DNA of 64,000 nucleotides from Octopus vulgaris (GCA_951406725.2 OX597822.1:44206001-44270000), one strand, 5' to 3'. Shown: positions 27,258-40,521, numbered from the stretch's first letter. Numbers and translations: made by a program. The notes: generated from the letters alone by a model not told the origin.

Positions 27258-27500
27258 ATAGAAAATTTTTCACAATAGCTATGAAGATTTTTCTATCACT
27301 AGCGTCATCATTGTGCCGAGGACAACAAACGACCTAACTACGAAGTCACAGTCAACTATGTCCCCAAAAGAAACGTGACTTTTTTTTTTACTTAAAAAGG
27401 ATAATCCTTCAATTAATGCTTGGCATAATCATGAAGCGATGTATATATCATATGTGAGTGCGTGTTTCTGTGTGTATCATATATACACACACACATATAT

Positions 27501-27890
27501 GTGGCTCTGTGGTAAGTAGTTTGCTTACCGACCACATGGTTCCGGGTTCAGTCCCATGAGCGGCACCTTGGGCAAGTGTCTTCTACTATAGCTTCGGGCC
27601 GACCAAAGCCTTGTGAGTGGATTTGGTAGACGGATACTGAAAGGAGCCCGTCGTATATATCTATATATATTTACATATACGTATGTGTATATGTTTATGT
27701 GTCTGTCTTTGTCCCCCTAACATAGCTTGACAACCGACGCTAGTGTGTTTACGTCCGCGTAACTTAGTGGTTCGGCAAAAAAGTACTAGGCTTTCAAAGA
27801 ATAAGTCCTGGGGTCGATTTGCTCGACTAAAGGTGGTGCTCCAGCATGGCCACAATCAAATGACTGAAACAAGTAAAAGAGTAAAAGAGA
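27501..27890 (+). mobile_element. tRNA-derived SINE, family B (near full length)
   Basis: GTGGCTCTGTGGTAAG A-box, GGGTTCAGTCCC B-box, CACCTTGGGCAAGTG, and 3' end GACTGAAACAAGTAAAAGAG. Confidence 0.85.
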
Positions 27891-28987
27891 TATGTGTGAA
27901 TGTCTGTGTGTGTGTATCTGTGTGTATACAGAAAGAGAGAAAGAGAGAGATAGAGGGGGAGGGAGAAGAAAGCAGTGAGATTGAGAATAGCGTAAATAGA
28001 TAGACAGATAAATTTATGCATGCGCTAATTTTCATACATATACATACAGCACCATATTCTATTAAGAGTTTAACAGTCCAGAACTATATATTTTTTAAAA
28101 TCTCGTTTTCGATTGTATTTAATTTATATTTAATTGTGTTTTTGATTGTTTTGCATGAAAATAATTATCTGAGAAAAATTGTTCTTTGAGCTTGCATAAA
28201 CGTGATTAATTTATAATGTTCTGTTTGGCTGGTTGATAAGGGCTGGAAGGAATTTGTCAAGATAAAGCGCTAATCGCATAAATGCATTATTTATTAACAG
28301 AAGATTAAAGAATAAGGGCAAAATGAAATGGAAATAAAAATTTAGAATGGTAATTGAAAAATAGGGGAAAATCTGGGGTGAAAAACGTAGGAAATGTTGG
28401 GATTTGTAGCTAGCTTGAATGATGGTTTTGGAAACCTGTATTTTATTCTCGGTGATGGTTTGGTTATCAATGTGAAGCGTAATAAGTCTGGATTTATACC
28501 ACGGACACTTAACATTACGTAAAATATACTGAAAATATTACATAAAGATATCTATCTGGATCAATACGATTTAAGAGTTGAGCCTAAATCGCTTGAACCA
28601 AACCCGAAACCGTACCACGTGCCGTCTCTATTACCATCAGAACTAAACACGTCGAAGCCACCAGAAGAGAAAAGCTCAACAAAATCAACCTCGTCCTTAA
28701 CCAACATTGCCATTCAGTCAATGCTATCGACTGTTCTATGCAAGAATTGGTCTACAGAGTCATCAACCGCATCACCGTAAAGGAATAAGGGAAGCAAAGA
28801 AGAAAATAAATATTCGGATATGAGATAAAACCGCCGCCGACGACGACGCTGATCTATTGTTGGCATAATTTTGAAAAGAACAACTATGGGTTTTTAAGTC
28901 TCATTAGCTTTCAACTAATCCAGAAAAATGCTGAATTTGCTATTACATAAGGCTTAAGTATAAGTAACAAACAATTGACATTCCTCG

Positions 28988-29745
28988 TTGGCGAGTTAGC
29001 AGAATTGTTAGCACGGTGGGCGGAAATCTTAGCGGTATTTCTTCTGTCTTTACGTTCTGAGTTCAAATTCCACGAGATCAATTTTGACCTTCAACCTTTC
29101 GGGGTCGATAAATTAAGTACCAGTTGCGTACAGGAGTCGATCTAATCGACTGGCCCCTCCCCAAAATTTCGGGCCTTGTGCCTAGAGTAGAAATGAATAA
29201 GTGAAATAATAAAGGCAGCGAGCCAGCAGAAACGTTAGCACGCCGGGCGGAATGCTTAGTGGTATTTAGTCTATCTTTACGTTCGGAGTTCAAATTCCGC
29301 CGGGTCCAACTTTGCCTTTCATCATTTCGGGGTCGATAAATTAAGTACCAGTTCCGCTCTGGGGTCGATCTAATCGACTTAATCCCTTTGTCGCTCCTTG
29401 TTTGTCCCCTCTAGGTTTAGCCTCTTGTGGGCAATAAAGAAATAAGAAACGTTAGCACGCCAGGCGGAATGCTTAGCGGTATTTCGTCTGTCATTACGTT
29501 CTGAGTTCAAATTCTGCCGAGTCCAACTTTGCCTTTCATCCTTTTGGGGTCGATAAATTAAGTACCAGTTGCGTACTGGGGTCGAACTAATCAACTTGAC
29601 CTCTCCCCCCAAAGAATAGTTAGCACACCGGGGAAAACGGTTAGTGGCATTTCGTCGGTCTTTACTCTGCCTTTCATACTTTTCAGATCGATAAAACACC
29701 AGTTTAGCACTAGAGTGAAATTGCTTGTCTTGTGTCAAAATTTGA
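28988..29745 (+). mobile_element. Head-to-tail cluster of family A tRNA-SINEs (MetaSINE-like central domain)
   Basis: At least three units with GCAGAAACGTTAGCAC (A-box region), GAGTTCAAATTCC (B-box) and GCCTTTCATCCTTTCGGGGTCGATAAATTAAGTACCAG. The Meta-domain resemblance is recalled from memory, not searched. Confidence 0.85.
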
Positions 29746-31109
29746 AACCAGTGGCAATCCGTCGGTTTCGACGCTAATCGCTCCAGCTAATCCGATCAAC
29801 CAAACAGCCCGTATGAAATTAACGTGCATATGGCTGAGAAATTCAGAGACGCTCGCGCCCTTAATGCAGTTGTCAGGGAGAGTCACTGTAGCACAGAATA
29901 CGAGAGGGGTGGTTCTTTGTACTCATTTTTACAGTTGAGTGGGCCGGAGCAACGGGAAATAAATTATCTTGTTCAAAGACGCAACACGCGGCCCGAAATC
30001 GAACTCACGATTTTTATCCGAATACCTAACCCCCTAATCCATGGGTCTTCACTAATGGTTAATAAAATATATGTGAACTTTCGTCTAGACAGCGAAATGA
30101 ACGGCTTTTTAAAATAAAATCTCCAATTGCTTTTGTAACTTAAAATACTTCGTGTAATACTTTTCTGTTCCTTGATTAAGCTTCAATTTATGTCTATATA
30201 AAGCAAGCGTTTTCAAAAATAAGTATATACTGCAGGACTGGCAGTAGATTTATATCCATGAAAAAAGGAATATTGTAACTGTTTTGTCTCTACAAATTTC
30301 CTGCTGGGTTACAAACATTTATTACCAATTACATTTATTTTATATTTGCAGTAATGTACGCTGCTTTATTCGGTATGTAGCTATAAAAATAGCTGTTAAA
30401 TTTTTGTTTTTTAAGAGAATCACCAAATTGTCCAATATTATAGAATTTTTATTAAAAAATCAAAGAGAATCAAATATGCCATTTGTCCTACACCATGTAT
30501 TGATATTTTTATGTGTTCATCTATAACTGTACAGCTGTGTATGAAAAATTTATTTCTCAAAATCCAGACGACGAGTTTGACATTCATCGACAGTTGGTGC
30601 AGACCTTTGTTGAAGTCTCTCAATTTAATCAACTTGATTTGCTGTAAGATATCATCCAGAAGATTAATCGAACTAGAAACGATTTTTGTGTAACATTCAG
30701 ACAAAACTCGAATTTTTATATTAATTACATATTTCTTTTCTCCCTAAGGTTATTTATGACACCATAAACCATTTTTAAAAACACGTCATTGTCGAACTGA
30801 CACTCAAGTATTATTGTTTTAAACATTTACAATAAACAAGAGTAAGAGTGGAAAGGCTTTGTTGGTATTGTGCTGCATTTCTTAGCAGAATTAGTTCAAA
30901 TCTAGCCGTGTTTGATTTTAAATTTCGTTCCTCTGGGTCGATAAAATACTCAGCCGAGAAGACATCTTTCTTTGAAGTTAAATTTGTCGTTTATTATTAG
31001 CATCGGTGGATATGGTATAGTATAGAGAAACAGGAGGATTGTGGTGTGTTTGTCGATTATATAAATATGGTTATGATTTGGTTAATATTTAGTTAGTATC
31101 TGGGAAAAC

Positions 31110-31625
31110 TAAGGTGGCAAGCTGGCAGAATAGTTAGTCCTGCGGGCGAGCTGGTAGAATAGTTAGTCTTGCGGGCGAAATGATTACCAGCATTTCGTTC
31201 CTCTTCACTTTCTGAGTTCAAATTCCGCAGAGGTCGACTTTGCCTTTCATCCTTTACAGGACGAAAAAATAATGACCATTTGAGCACTGGGGTCGATGAA
31301 ATCAATTTACGCTTTCCTCTGAACTTTCTGGCCATCTGCCAATATTTGAAACCAACATACACAAGCGATAATAGTGATGGAATGACTGGTTTAAATGTAT
31401 TTATATGTGTATATTTATATTTATGTGTCTGTGTTTGTCCCCCACCATCGCATGACAACCGATGCTGGTGTGTTTACGTCCTCGTAACTTAGCGGTTCGG
31501 CAAAAGAGAACGATAGAATAAGTACATGGCTTACTGAGAATAAGTCCTGGTATCGATTTGTTCGACTAGAGACGGAGCTCCAACATGGTCGCAGTCAAAT
31601 GACTGAAACAAGTAAAAGATAAAGA
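31110..31625 (+). mobile_element. SINE A copy followed by the 3' half of SINE B
   Basis: Family A motifs at 31110-31360 and the family B tail at 31400-31625. Confidence 0.75.
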
Positions 31626-32436
31626 TGAAGGATCTCTGAGTAGCTTATGACTACTTCATTGGCTATATTGATTCGATTGCGCCCAGACTGTAGCATCCCT
31701 TCTATGAATGTCAATTTAATCGATTATAGGGACCCTCTGTAACATGGCATCTATACCCACCCTTAAAACTATTTTTATATTTTCCTGCCAAAATTAAGAA
31801 ATCAATATGTATAATTACTGTCAACTTGATTACTAGATTCACCAATTATATTCAAATTCTGATCCGACACGCAAAATGATAAATGAATAAATAAAATAAA
31901 TCATAAAAGACTGGCAGAAAAATGAATAAAAAATGTAGATTATGTATAAAAAAATAGTTCCATTAAGGGATGTTATACAATTATTACAGAACTGTTCATG
32001 GCAAATAAAAAGACAGACTCCTGTGGAGTAATGTGATCTGTGCGTAGTTGGAGGGTTTTTTAGAGTACTAATTCACCTGTTTGAAACGAAATGCTAATAT
32101 CTCCGTGACGAGACTATTCGAAGGTGATTAAATGCATCAATTTCGCAGTCAATGTACACCATATAAATGGTAACAGTGACTGCTATTTTATGCTTCGATT
32201 TTATTACGTATATATTGTGTCTGCGCGTAAACAAATCTTCTCTCTACCGTGTGAAGAAGAAGAAGAAGAAGAATGGGTGGAGGGAATGCATCAAGAGGTT
32301 TTTTATTTATTTGCTTCCCCTTTAGAATTGATCATAAAAAAGTTTTCTATATTTACCTTCGATCCGAGCGTCAGTACACTGCGTCCATAAATGTATATAC
32401 TTCACTATACGTATGTATATATATTTATATATCTGT

Positions 32437-32469
<33 letters not shown>

Positions 32470-32579
32470 CATAAATATACATGTATGCATATACACAAAA
32501 TTTTTGTGTATGTATATATCTGTGTATGTGAACGTTAATATGCTTTCATATACACGTGTATATTTATACACACACACAG

Positions 32580-32656
<77 letters not shown>

Positions 32657-32707
32657 GTGTATGTACATAAACATATATATATATATATATCTGTATGTGT
32701 ATGTCTT

Positions 32708-32762
<55 letters not shown>

Positions 32763-33409
32763 ATGTGTGTGTGTGTACATGTATATATGTATATACACTA
32801 CCTATACAAATCTCCTTTCTCTCATACACATCATTTTGAATGAGTATGATTTCGCGTTCCCGAAACAGGCAAAAACGTAGCAAAAAAACTTCCAGACAAG
32901 GAACAGGTTTCTGGTAAAAAGCAAAAACAAAAACTTCTCGATCAAATATCCGATAGATGATACACACTCTGTGAAGTAAACGCCGATGATTTTTGCCATC
33001 ATCAATGGCCCCTGTTCGAAAATGTCATCAAGCTTCTATCTTCCTATGACGTATCATATTTTGTGCTGAAACTGTACGGAAAGTAATTTGTAGAAAGATT
33101 TGTAATGTAACAGCTGTGTCGAAACCTAGGACTTACAAGTTTGGTTACCAAATTTCCATAGCGATATAAGGGGCCGGGGTTAGAACATTTCCCTGAACGG
33201 GAAACCAGTTTGTTGCATGTTTACTTACTTTCATTTACAGAAGATAACATAAAATGAAGTTTTTTCCTAAAGAACACAAAGCTCTGTCCGATCCGTGAAT
33301 CGAAATCATGACATTGTGATCTGGAATGCCAGGCTTTAACCACTAGGTCACATGCTTTTGTGAAAGGATAGTAGTGAAGATATAAAAAAAGAATAATTGA
33401 AGATTTAGC

Positions 33410-33810
33410 TCTTTTATACTCTAGCAACAAGGTCCGAAATTTTGAGGGAGGGAACCAGTCGATTAGATTGTCTCCAGTACGCAGCTGATACTTTAATTTA
33501 TCAACTCCGAAAGGATAAAATTCAAAGTCGACCTCGGCGGAATTTGAACTTAGAACGTAAAAGACAGACGAAATACCTATTTCTATATTGCTCACAAGAG
33601 GCTACACTCAGTGGGGACAAATAAGGACAGACAAACGGATTAAGTCGATTATATCGACCCCAGTGCGTAACTGGTACTTATTTAATCGACCCCAAAAGGA
33701 TGAAAGGCAAAGTTGACCTCGGCGGAATTTGATCTCAGAACGTAGCGGCAGACGAAATAGCGCTAAGTATTTCCCCCGGCGCGCTAACGCCTCTGCCAGC
33801 TCGCCGCCTT
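33410..33810 (-). mobile_element. Dimeric family A SINE
   Basis: The reverse complement starts AAGGCGGCGAGCTGGCAGAGGCGTTAGC and has two B-box/central modules joined by a linker. Confidence 0.85.
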
Positions 33811-34228
33811 GATTTTGAAGATTAGCTGATGGTATACTCAGCCATGATGCAAAAGAACATCGGTGGGATGTTGTTATGAAAGAATGATAGTGCATCGCCT
33901 AGTGGTTACTGTGGTGCACTTTCGATCGCAAGTTTGTCGTTTCGATCACTGGACGGCGACGCGTTGCGCTCTGGAGCAAAAATCTTTTTATCCCACGTTG
34001 TTCCGGTTCACTGAGGTATAAATGAGTGAGTCAGGAGGCATGTAGTGATCACGGACGTTTATATGCCAAGGAAACGAGGAAACAACCCCTCCAGTCCTGG
34101 CACTCCTTACACTTGCTGTGAAAAGCTCTTAAACGTATTAAACACAAGGGATCATATGTAAGGATCTGGGAGGCAAAGAATATAATATACATACTGTAGG
34201 GAGGGAACATCAGAAGCTGTAGGGAGGG

Positions 34229-34356
34229 AACTCATCAGTGTGATCGTCATAGCAAAATATAAATTGCAGAAATATGAGACGTATAGAATTATACACGGAT
34301 GTTTCGTGTATAGTTCTTCAAATTATATTTTGCTATGACGATCACACTGATGAGTT
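34229..34356. repeat. Perfect 34-bp inverted repeat with a nested hairpin
   Basis: 34229-34262 AACTCATCAGTGTGATCGTCATAGCAAAATATAA is the exact reverse complement of 34323-34356. The inner hairpin is GAATTATACACG / CGTGTATAGTTC (34286-34316). Confidence 0.9.
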
Positions 34357-34412
34357 GCAGACAATTACGTGAGTAATTACGTAAGTAGTAACAACGAAAT
34401 CGGGTTTGTGAT
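34341..34412 (+). ncRNA. Type-I hammerhead ribozyme
   Basis: ATCACA-CTGATGA-GTTG...CAAC-GAAA-TCGGG-TT-TGTGAT, with a perfect 6-bp stem I and a 4-bp stem II base. Confidence 0.75.
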
Positions 34413-34565
34413 AAATCTTTCTATTTCGTATCTTTTCATTTGTCTTGCTCACTTACGTTCTGGCGTTTGCTAAATTTTCTTGAGAACGTTCCTTTCTGAC
34501 CATAGGGGGTTTACTTCTAGCATAATGGATGTCCTTTTAATGGTAATCCCTCTTATATGTATGTG

Positions 34566-34613
<48 letters not shown>

Positions 34614-34705
34614 AAAGTTCACGAAAAAAACAACAACAAAAGACGAAGGCAGGTGGTGTATAAACCAAACAGATGTATTAGTATAACGCTCAGGAAATTG
34701 AAAAA

Positions 34706-34749
34706 GTCTTCCCTAAGTTTCGAGCCTACGCTCTTCTACAGAAAGGGAC
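34706..34749 (-). ncRNA. Minimal hammerhead variant with CUGUAGA core
   Basis: Minus strand: CCCTTT-CTGTAGA-A-GAGC-GTAG-GCTC-GAAA-CT-TA-GGGAAG, inside a ~200-bp element (34610-34815) flanked by (TA)n. Confidence 0.6.
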
Positions 34750-35140
34750 GCAGAAAAAAAAAAACAAGGAGAGAAAAAAATGCGTGTAGTGGATACCGAT
34801 TTGTCATGGTGTGTACATATATATATATATATATATTCGCATACATATATATATAATTTATGTGTTCGTATGGCAAAGCGTACAATTGAAATAATTTGCA
34901 AGATTACTTGTATATAGCTCGTGTTATGTGGGACATCTACTTAGCGGATGTGAACATTTTATTCAATATCAGTAACAAAAGACGAATTCGGACAACAGTT
35001 TCTTCGAAATCTTCTATCGTTTTCACAAACACGACACATATATAATTGTAGTTCACAAAATGATTTTTTTTTCCTTAAAGACTTTCAAGGTGTTGATGTT
35101 TGTAAAGTGTATTCACTCATCGATAAATCTATCTACCTAC

Positions 35141-35224
<84 letters not shown>

Positions 35225-35436
35225 ATATCTATCTGTCTATCTATCTATCTATCTGTCTATCTACCTATTTATCTATCGATCTGCCCAGTCTGTCTGCTCG
35301 TCTGTCTGCCCATCTGTCTGTCTGTATGTTTGTCTGTCTGTCTGTCTCTATCTCTCTCTCTCTCACTTTCTCTTTCTGTGTATCCGTCTGTCTGTTTGTC
35401 TCTCTCCCTCTCTCCCTCTCACCGTATTCTCTCCCA

Positions 35437-35490
<54 letters not shown>

Positions 35491-35677
35491 GAGTGTATTT
35501 TACCTTGTTAACAATTAACACGGATAAAAGAATGAATAGTTACCAGGGCAGCAAAAATCTCACAAATAAAGATGTTGTAACTCCTTGTTTATAAAGGTTG
35601 AAACTTCGTGTTTACGTTGAATATTTGAATAATATGAATAAAAAATGGAGTTAACGCAGGTTTAAACAAGTATTTTT

Positions 35678-35764
35678 ACTTTCTACATATGTTTCAAAAA
35701 TTCCACTGATACTTATTCAAAAGAATAAAAGGTATAAACAATGCAATCTTCTCTTCGGGAAAGT
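35678..35764 (-). ncRNA. Type-I hammerhead motif in the inverted pLTR of the Penelope-like element
   Basis: Minus strand: ACTTTC-CCGAAGA-GAAGATTGCATTG...CAGTGGAATTTTT-GAAA-CATATG-TA-GAAAGT. Stem I is perfect, stem III is palindromic, and the core has U4->C. Confidence 0.75.
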
Positions 35765-35959
35765 GAAAAAACGAAACTTGTCAATACGACATTTTAGCAA
35801 AAAATGATGGATTCGTATAGCGATAGACAGAACGCTATTAATATTGTTTAAAAAAACGTTATATGATATAACGTCATAAGTAGCTAACAGAAAGAGTAGG
35901 GATATTAATAGTGAATGTTAAATATAAAGGAAATTAAAGTCTAAACTATATATAATGAT

Positions 35960-38120
35960 AGAGACTACTTATATTCACTAAAAGTATGCTTCTGCCAATG
36001 CTTACATCTGTATGCTCGTTCTATAACCGTGTTTACTAGAGTATTTTTAGAAAAAATAATGAAAAATAGCTCAGAATTGCAGAGAAGACAGAATTTCTTG
36101 CCTTTGTCATATGGTATCGAAATGATACATCTGAGTTCAACAAGTTATTTAAATCTAAAAATAGTCCGCCGCCTAACCCAAGGTTGAAGCAATTTGAAGA
36201 TGATCTCTGGTCCATTGTGAGAAATGTGAAATTTCAACGGTCACCACTAAGAAATAAACATCTGAGGTATCTTCGCAACATCACCAAAGAAATCAATTCT
36301 ATGGATACTATGTTGGTTCAATCTGATAAGACTGGAAATCTGTACAAACTTTATAAAGACTATTATTTGGAATTACTTGAAAAAGAAATTCAGAAAAAGT
36401 ATAAAATTACTGATAAAAGAATACTTAAGAAAACCAACATCGAGGCTATGAAAATCATGGAGAAATATAACCTACAAATGAAGACAGAACCACTTGTTCC
36501 TAAGCAAACTAGGTTCATTTTGAAGGATCACAAACCAAATTTTTTTACTAACCCATCATTAAGGCTTATTTGCCCTTCTAGCTCTGACATCGGTATCCTT
36601 AGTAAAAATATACTAGATAAATATATTCCTAATCTAATCAAAACATTAAAACTTAGTTTATGGACTAATTCATTTGACGTAGTTGACTGGTTTAGGTCTA
36701 TTAACAGTAAGGTGAGTACGAAGTTTATCCAGTTTGATATTTCCAATTTTTATTCGTCTATTAATCCAATAGTACTTAATAAGACACTTTGGCTTGCTCA
36801 TAACAAAGCTGGTCTCACCCGAGAAGAAATTAATGTTGTGTTGGCAGCTAGAAGATCTATTATTAAATTTGATGATAAGTTGTGGGTCCGTAAAGACACA
36901 CCAGATAGTTTCGATATACCTATGGGAAGTTCTGATTCAGCACAGATAGCTGATTTGGTCTGTATATATATTCATTTTGAAATGGCTGAAGAGTTCCCTA
37001 ACAGGTCTATATCGTGATGATTGTTTACTTTACCTCCAAAATGTTTCCAACCAAAAGGTACAAAAAGTTAAGAACAGTTTAGTTAATTTTTTCAGTAGAA
37101 TGGGCTTAAAAATCGTTTTTGATGACGATCTGACGAAGGCCAACTTTTTACATATTACACTTAATTTACACAGTGATTCTTACTTCCCATATCATAAACC
37201 GTTGACCAATCTTAAGTACATTAGCAAATTTAGTAATCATCCTGGAGCAATTACTAAGAATTTAGTTAAGAATATTTCATTTAGATTATCTAAATTATCT
37301 GCTAATGTTGATATTTTCAATAATAACGCTGAATTCTATAACTCTGCCTTAATCAAAGCAGGTTATACAGAAAAAAATTTCTACATTGATTCTGCTCAGT
37401 CTAATTGTAAATTCAATAATGTAGATAAGATTTCTAGTCGTAAAAGAAGTATTGATAACAAACATAACTTACGCACCGATACAAAGCGAATGAAGGCAGA
37501 TAACCCTTATTTATTCCCCTATTACCGATCTAAAAGTAAATATAACACCTTCAAAAGTAATTACGCTATGAATACTAGTAAAAATATTTGGTTAATAATT
37601 CCTTACGGGAGACAAATTAAATCTAATCTCCCACTGCTGTTTCGTCAAGCTATTGCTAGGAATTTTCCAAATAATTCTAGATATTACTCTATAATTAATT
37701 CACATAAGGTTAGGATAGGTTTTTCAAACACAAAAAAATCTCTTGCAAATTATATCTTCTCATAATAACAAACTGTTAAATATTAATACATTTATTAATA
37801 CTAACATTAATTTAGCTACTACCATCCAACCCTCTAGAAATATTAATAACAAGGTTATTGTATCTGAAGTCAATCCCAATAGAATTAAATTTATGTCAAG
37901 TAACTGTAAGATTAAAAATTCTATATACCAGTGTATAATCAGTACTCGTAATAAAGTACGATTTTACATTGGAAGCACATCGTTAGAGTTATCTAAGAGA
38001 ATTTCTATCCATTACTCAACATTTAGGGATAGAAATAAACGGAATAGTACCGGTCTCAGCAAACTGATTTGGGATTTAAAAGACCACAATGAACAATTTC
38101 ATTTAGAATGGTTGATCCTC
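35960..38120 (+). pseudogene. Frameshifted PLE polyprotein: reverse transcriptase plus C-terminal GIY-YIG endonuclease
   Basis: ORF 36184-37017 has SDKTGNLY, LKDHKPNF..NPSLRLI, QFDISNFYSSI (motif A) and IPMGSSDSAQIADLV (motif B). ORF 36977-37765 has GLYRDD (motif C), NFLHITLNL and SNHP. ORF 37743 onward has SIYQC...FYIGST...KRISIH...STGLSKLIW. The N-terminus FLEKIM...FKSKNSPPP continues upstream with a frameshift, and the endonuclease end is missing. Confidence 0.9.
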
Positions 38121-38137
38121 GTTAACTCCATTTTTTA

Positions 38138-38192
<55 letters not shown>

Positions 38193-38990
38193 ACCTATCT
38201 ATCTATGTATCTGTCTATCTATCTATTTGTCTGTCTGACTGTCTGTCCGTTCGTCCATCCGTTTGTCTGTGTCTCTGTCCGTCTGCTTGTTTGCTTGTCT
38301 CTCTGTTTATCTGACTCTCTCTCTCTTTCTCTTTCTCTCTATCTATCTATTTGTCCATCTGTCTGTCTATCTATCCATCATTCATCTATGCATCTATCTA
38401 TTCATCTATCCCTCTGCGCATGTCTATCTGTGAATGTTTATGCATATAGCAAGTCTCTTTGCATGTATTTATGCTAATCACTAACTTCTTCCCCGCCCCA
38501 CCCAAATAGGATTTCCCTTTTCCTTTTTCAGTTTTACTCTTCTCTTCCATTGCGTCTCTCTCTCCCTTTCTTTCTCTCTCTCTCTCACTTTCGCCCTTAA
38601 ATTTCCCTCTTCATCCCTCACTCTTCAATACACAGACACTCTCCTTACCAATATTCCTTTCTCTTTCAGTTTCCCTATCTCTCTCTGCAATTCTCTCTTA
38701 CAAATCCTCCTACTCTCTCATTCCTTTTTACTTCCTTTCGTTTTTACCCCTCCCCTCACACTGATTACATTATTAAACAGGCAAAAATTAATTGCACTCT
38801 CTCTATCATTCACATTATATTTCCCGCATATCGCAGAGGATTTAAACGAAGCAAGGGAGCGCCTGGTACAATTTGGGTACTGATTTCCTGCATCATCCAT
38901 ACCTAGATAACACCATAAAACTCTTCTCTTTCACACACACACACACGCACACACACACACAAACACACACACACGGATATAAATATATAT

Positions 38991-39236
38991 GTTCCTTCTA
39001 GAGCCATGCCAGGTTCATAAGGGCCGGTTTCCCAGTTTCAGTGGCGTAAAAATTCCCCACCTGGACGGGACGCCGGTCCGTCGCAGGATTACTCATTTTT
39101 GCCAGGTGCGTGGATTCGAGCAACGTGAAATGAAGTGTTTTGCTTAAGAACACAACACATCGCCCGGTCCAGGAATCGAAACCACAACCTTACGATCATG
39201 AGTTCAACACCCTAACCACTAAGCCATGTGCCTCCA
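38991..39236 (-). mobile_element. tRNA-derived SINE, family C
   Basis: The reverse complement starts GGAGGCACATGGCTTAGTGGTTAGG (A-box) and contains GGTTTCGATTCC (B-box). Other copies lie at ~29790-30050, 33165-33358 and 33895-34095. Confidence 0.85.
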
Positions 39237-39244
39237 CAGATATA

Positions 39245-39498
<254 letters not shown>

Positions 39499-39660
39499 AA
39501 ATTAGAGAATGGAGAAACATACTTAAATCAATAAAACATCAACTATCCGATGATACCCAATCAATACTTTAATACACCATTACATATGAGTAGAGGCATT
39601 GGCAGTATATTGGATATATATTATCCCATGGTGGGTTGAATTTTCAACCCCTATCTCATT

Positions 39661-39717
<57 letters not shown>

Positions 39718-39789
39718 ATGTATGTATATGTATATATGTATGTATATGTATATATGAATATATATATGTATATATACATATATATATAT

Positions 39790-40340
39790 ATTCGCGGACA
39801 CGTGATAAGAAGGCTACTACTGTCTTTCTTCACCTGGCTACCTTCAAGTAGAAACGGCACATCTGTTGCTCCCTCGCCGTTCTCAAAAAATAGCGTTCGT
39901 AAAAATGTTTATCTCATTCGGCTTAACAGCCCTTCTTGTTTGTGTTACTGTTATTCTCCTTGTCCTGTCTTTTACTGTTTACATTTTGTACTGTCGTTAC
40001 TGTCCTGTTTTTGTTACCATTTTTACCCCTCCGCAAAAAAATCTCAAATTTTATTTAATTTGATTTTCGCGGGAAGGAAAGTTTCATTAAAGTCATGTAT
40101 CGCCTTGACCTTTCAAACGTGGAGTAGATGAAACTAAGGCGACTGAAGAAGGGGAATTTTCCTTGTTTTGTATGTCCCGTACTCTATTTTTTCGTTGTTT
40201 AAGAAAAATGTCCATTTCCTTGGTTTTGTGTTTATGTTTTCGTTTCTCATATTGTTCGACGTTTTTTTAGTGTCCTGTACCCATATATGCATGTATATAT
40301 ACATGTAGAGGTAGGTACGTACATATATGTATGTATATAT
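39790..40340 (+). mobile_element. Unclassified interspersed repeat (family C), longest copy
   Basis: Homologous to 10940-11330 (-) and flanked by TA-rich microsatellites. Confidence 0.6.
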
Positions 40341-40363
40341 GTATATGTTTTATTTATTTATTA

Positions 40364-40413
<50 letters not shown>

Positions 40414-40454
40414 GTATATATATATGTATATGAATATATTTATATATATGTATA

Positions 40455-40521
<67 letters not shown>

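Larger units (their letters stand above)
35485..38144 (+). mobile_element. Penelope-like retroelement (Neptune-like), decayed, with an inverted 5' pseudo-LTR, embedded in (TA)n
   Basis: Contains RT and GIY-YIG reading frames and an upstream antisense hammerhead. A 25-bp perfect inverted match links 35632-35656 and 38120-38144. TA tracts lie on both sides. Confidence 0.9.

Noticed and set aside
28988-29300. tRNA genes suggested by A and B boxes
   Set aside because: The boxes belong to multicopy SINE heads, which have no intact cloverleaf and continue into SINE bodies.
35984-36026. Possible retained intron in the Penelope-like N-terminus (GTATGC after YSLK)
   Set aside because: It is very short, has no AG acceptor, and the local GTATGCT duplication explains it equally well.
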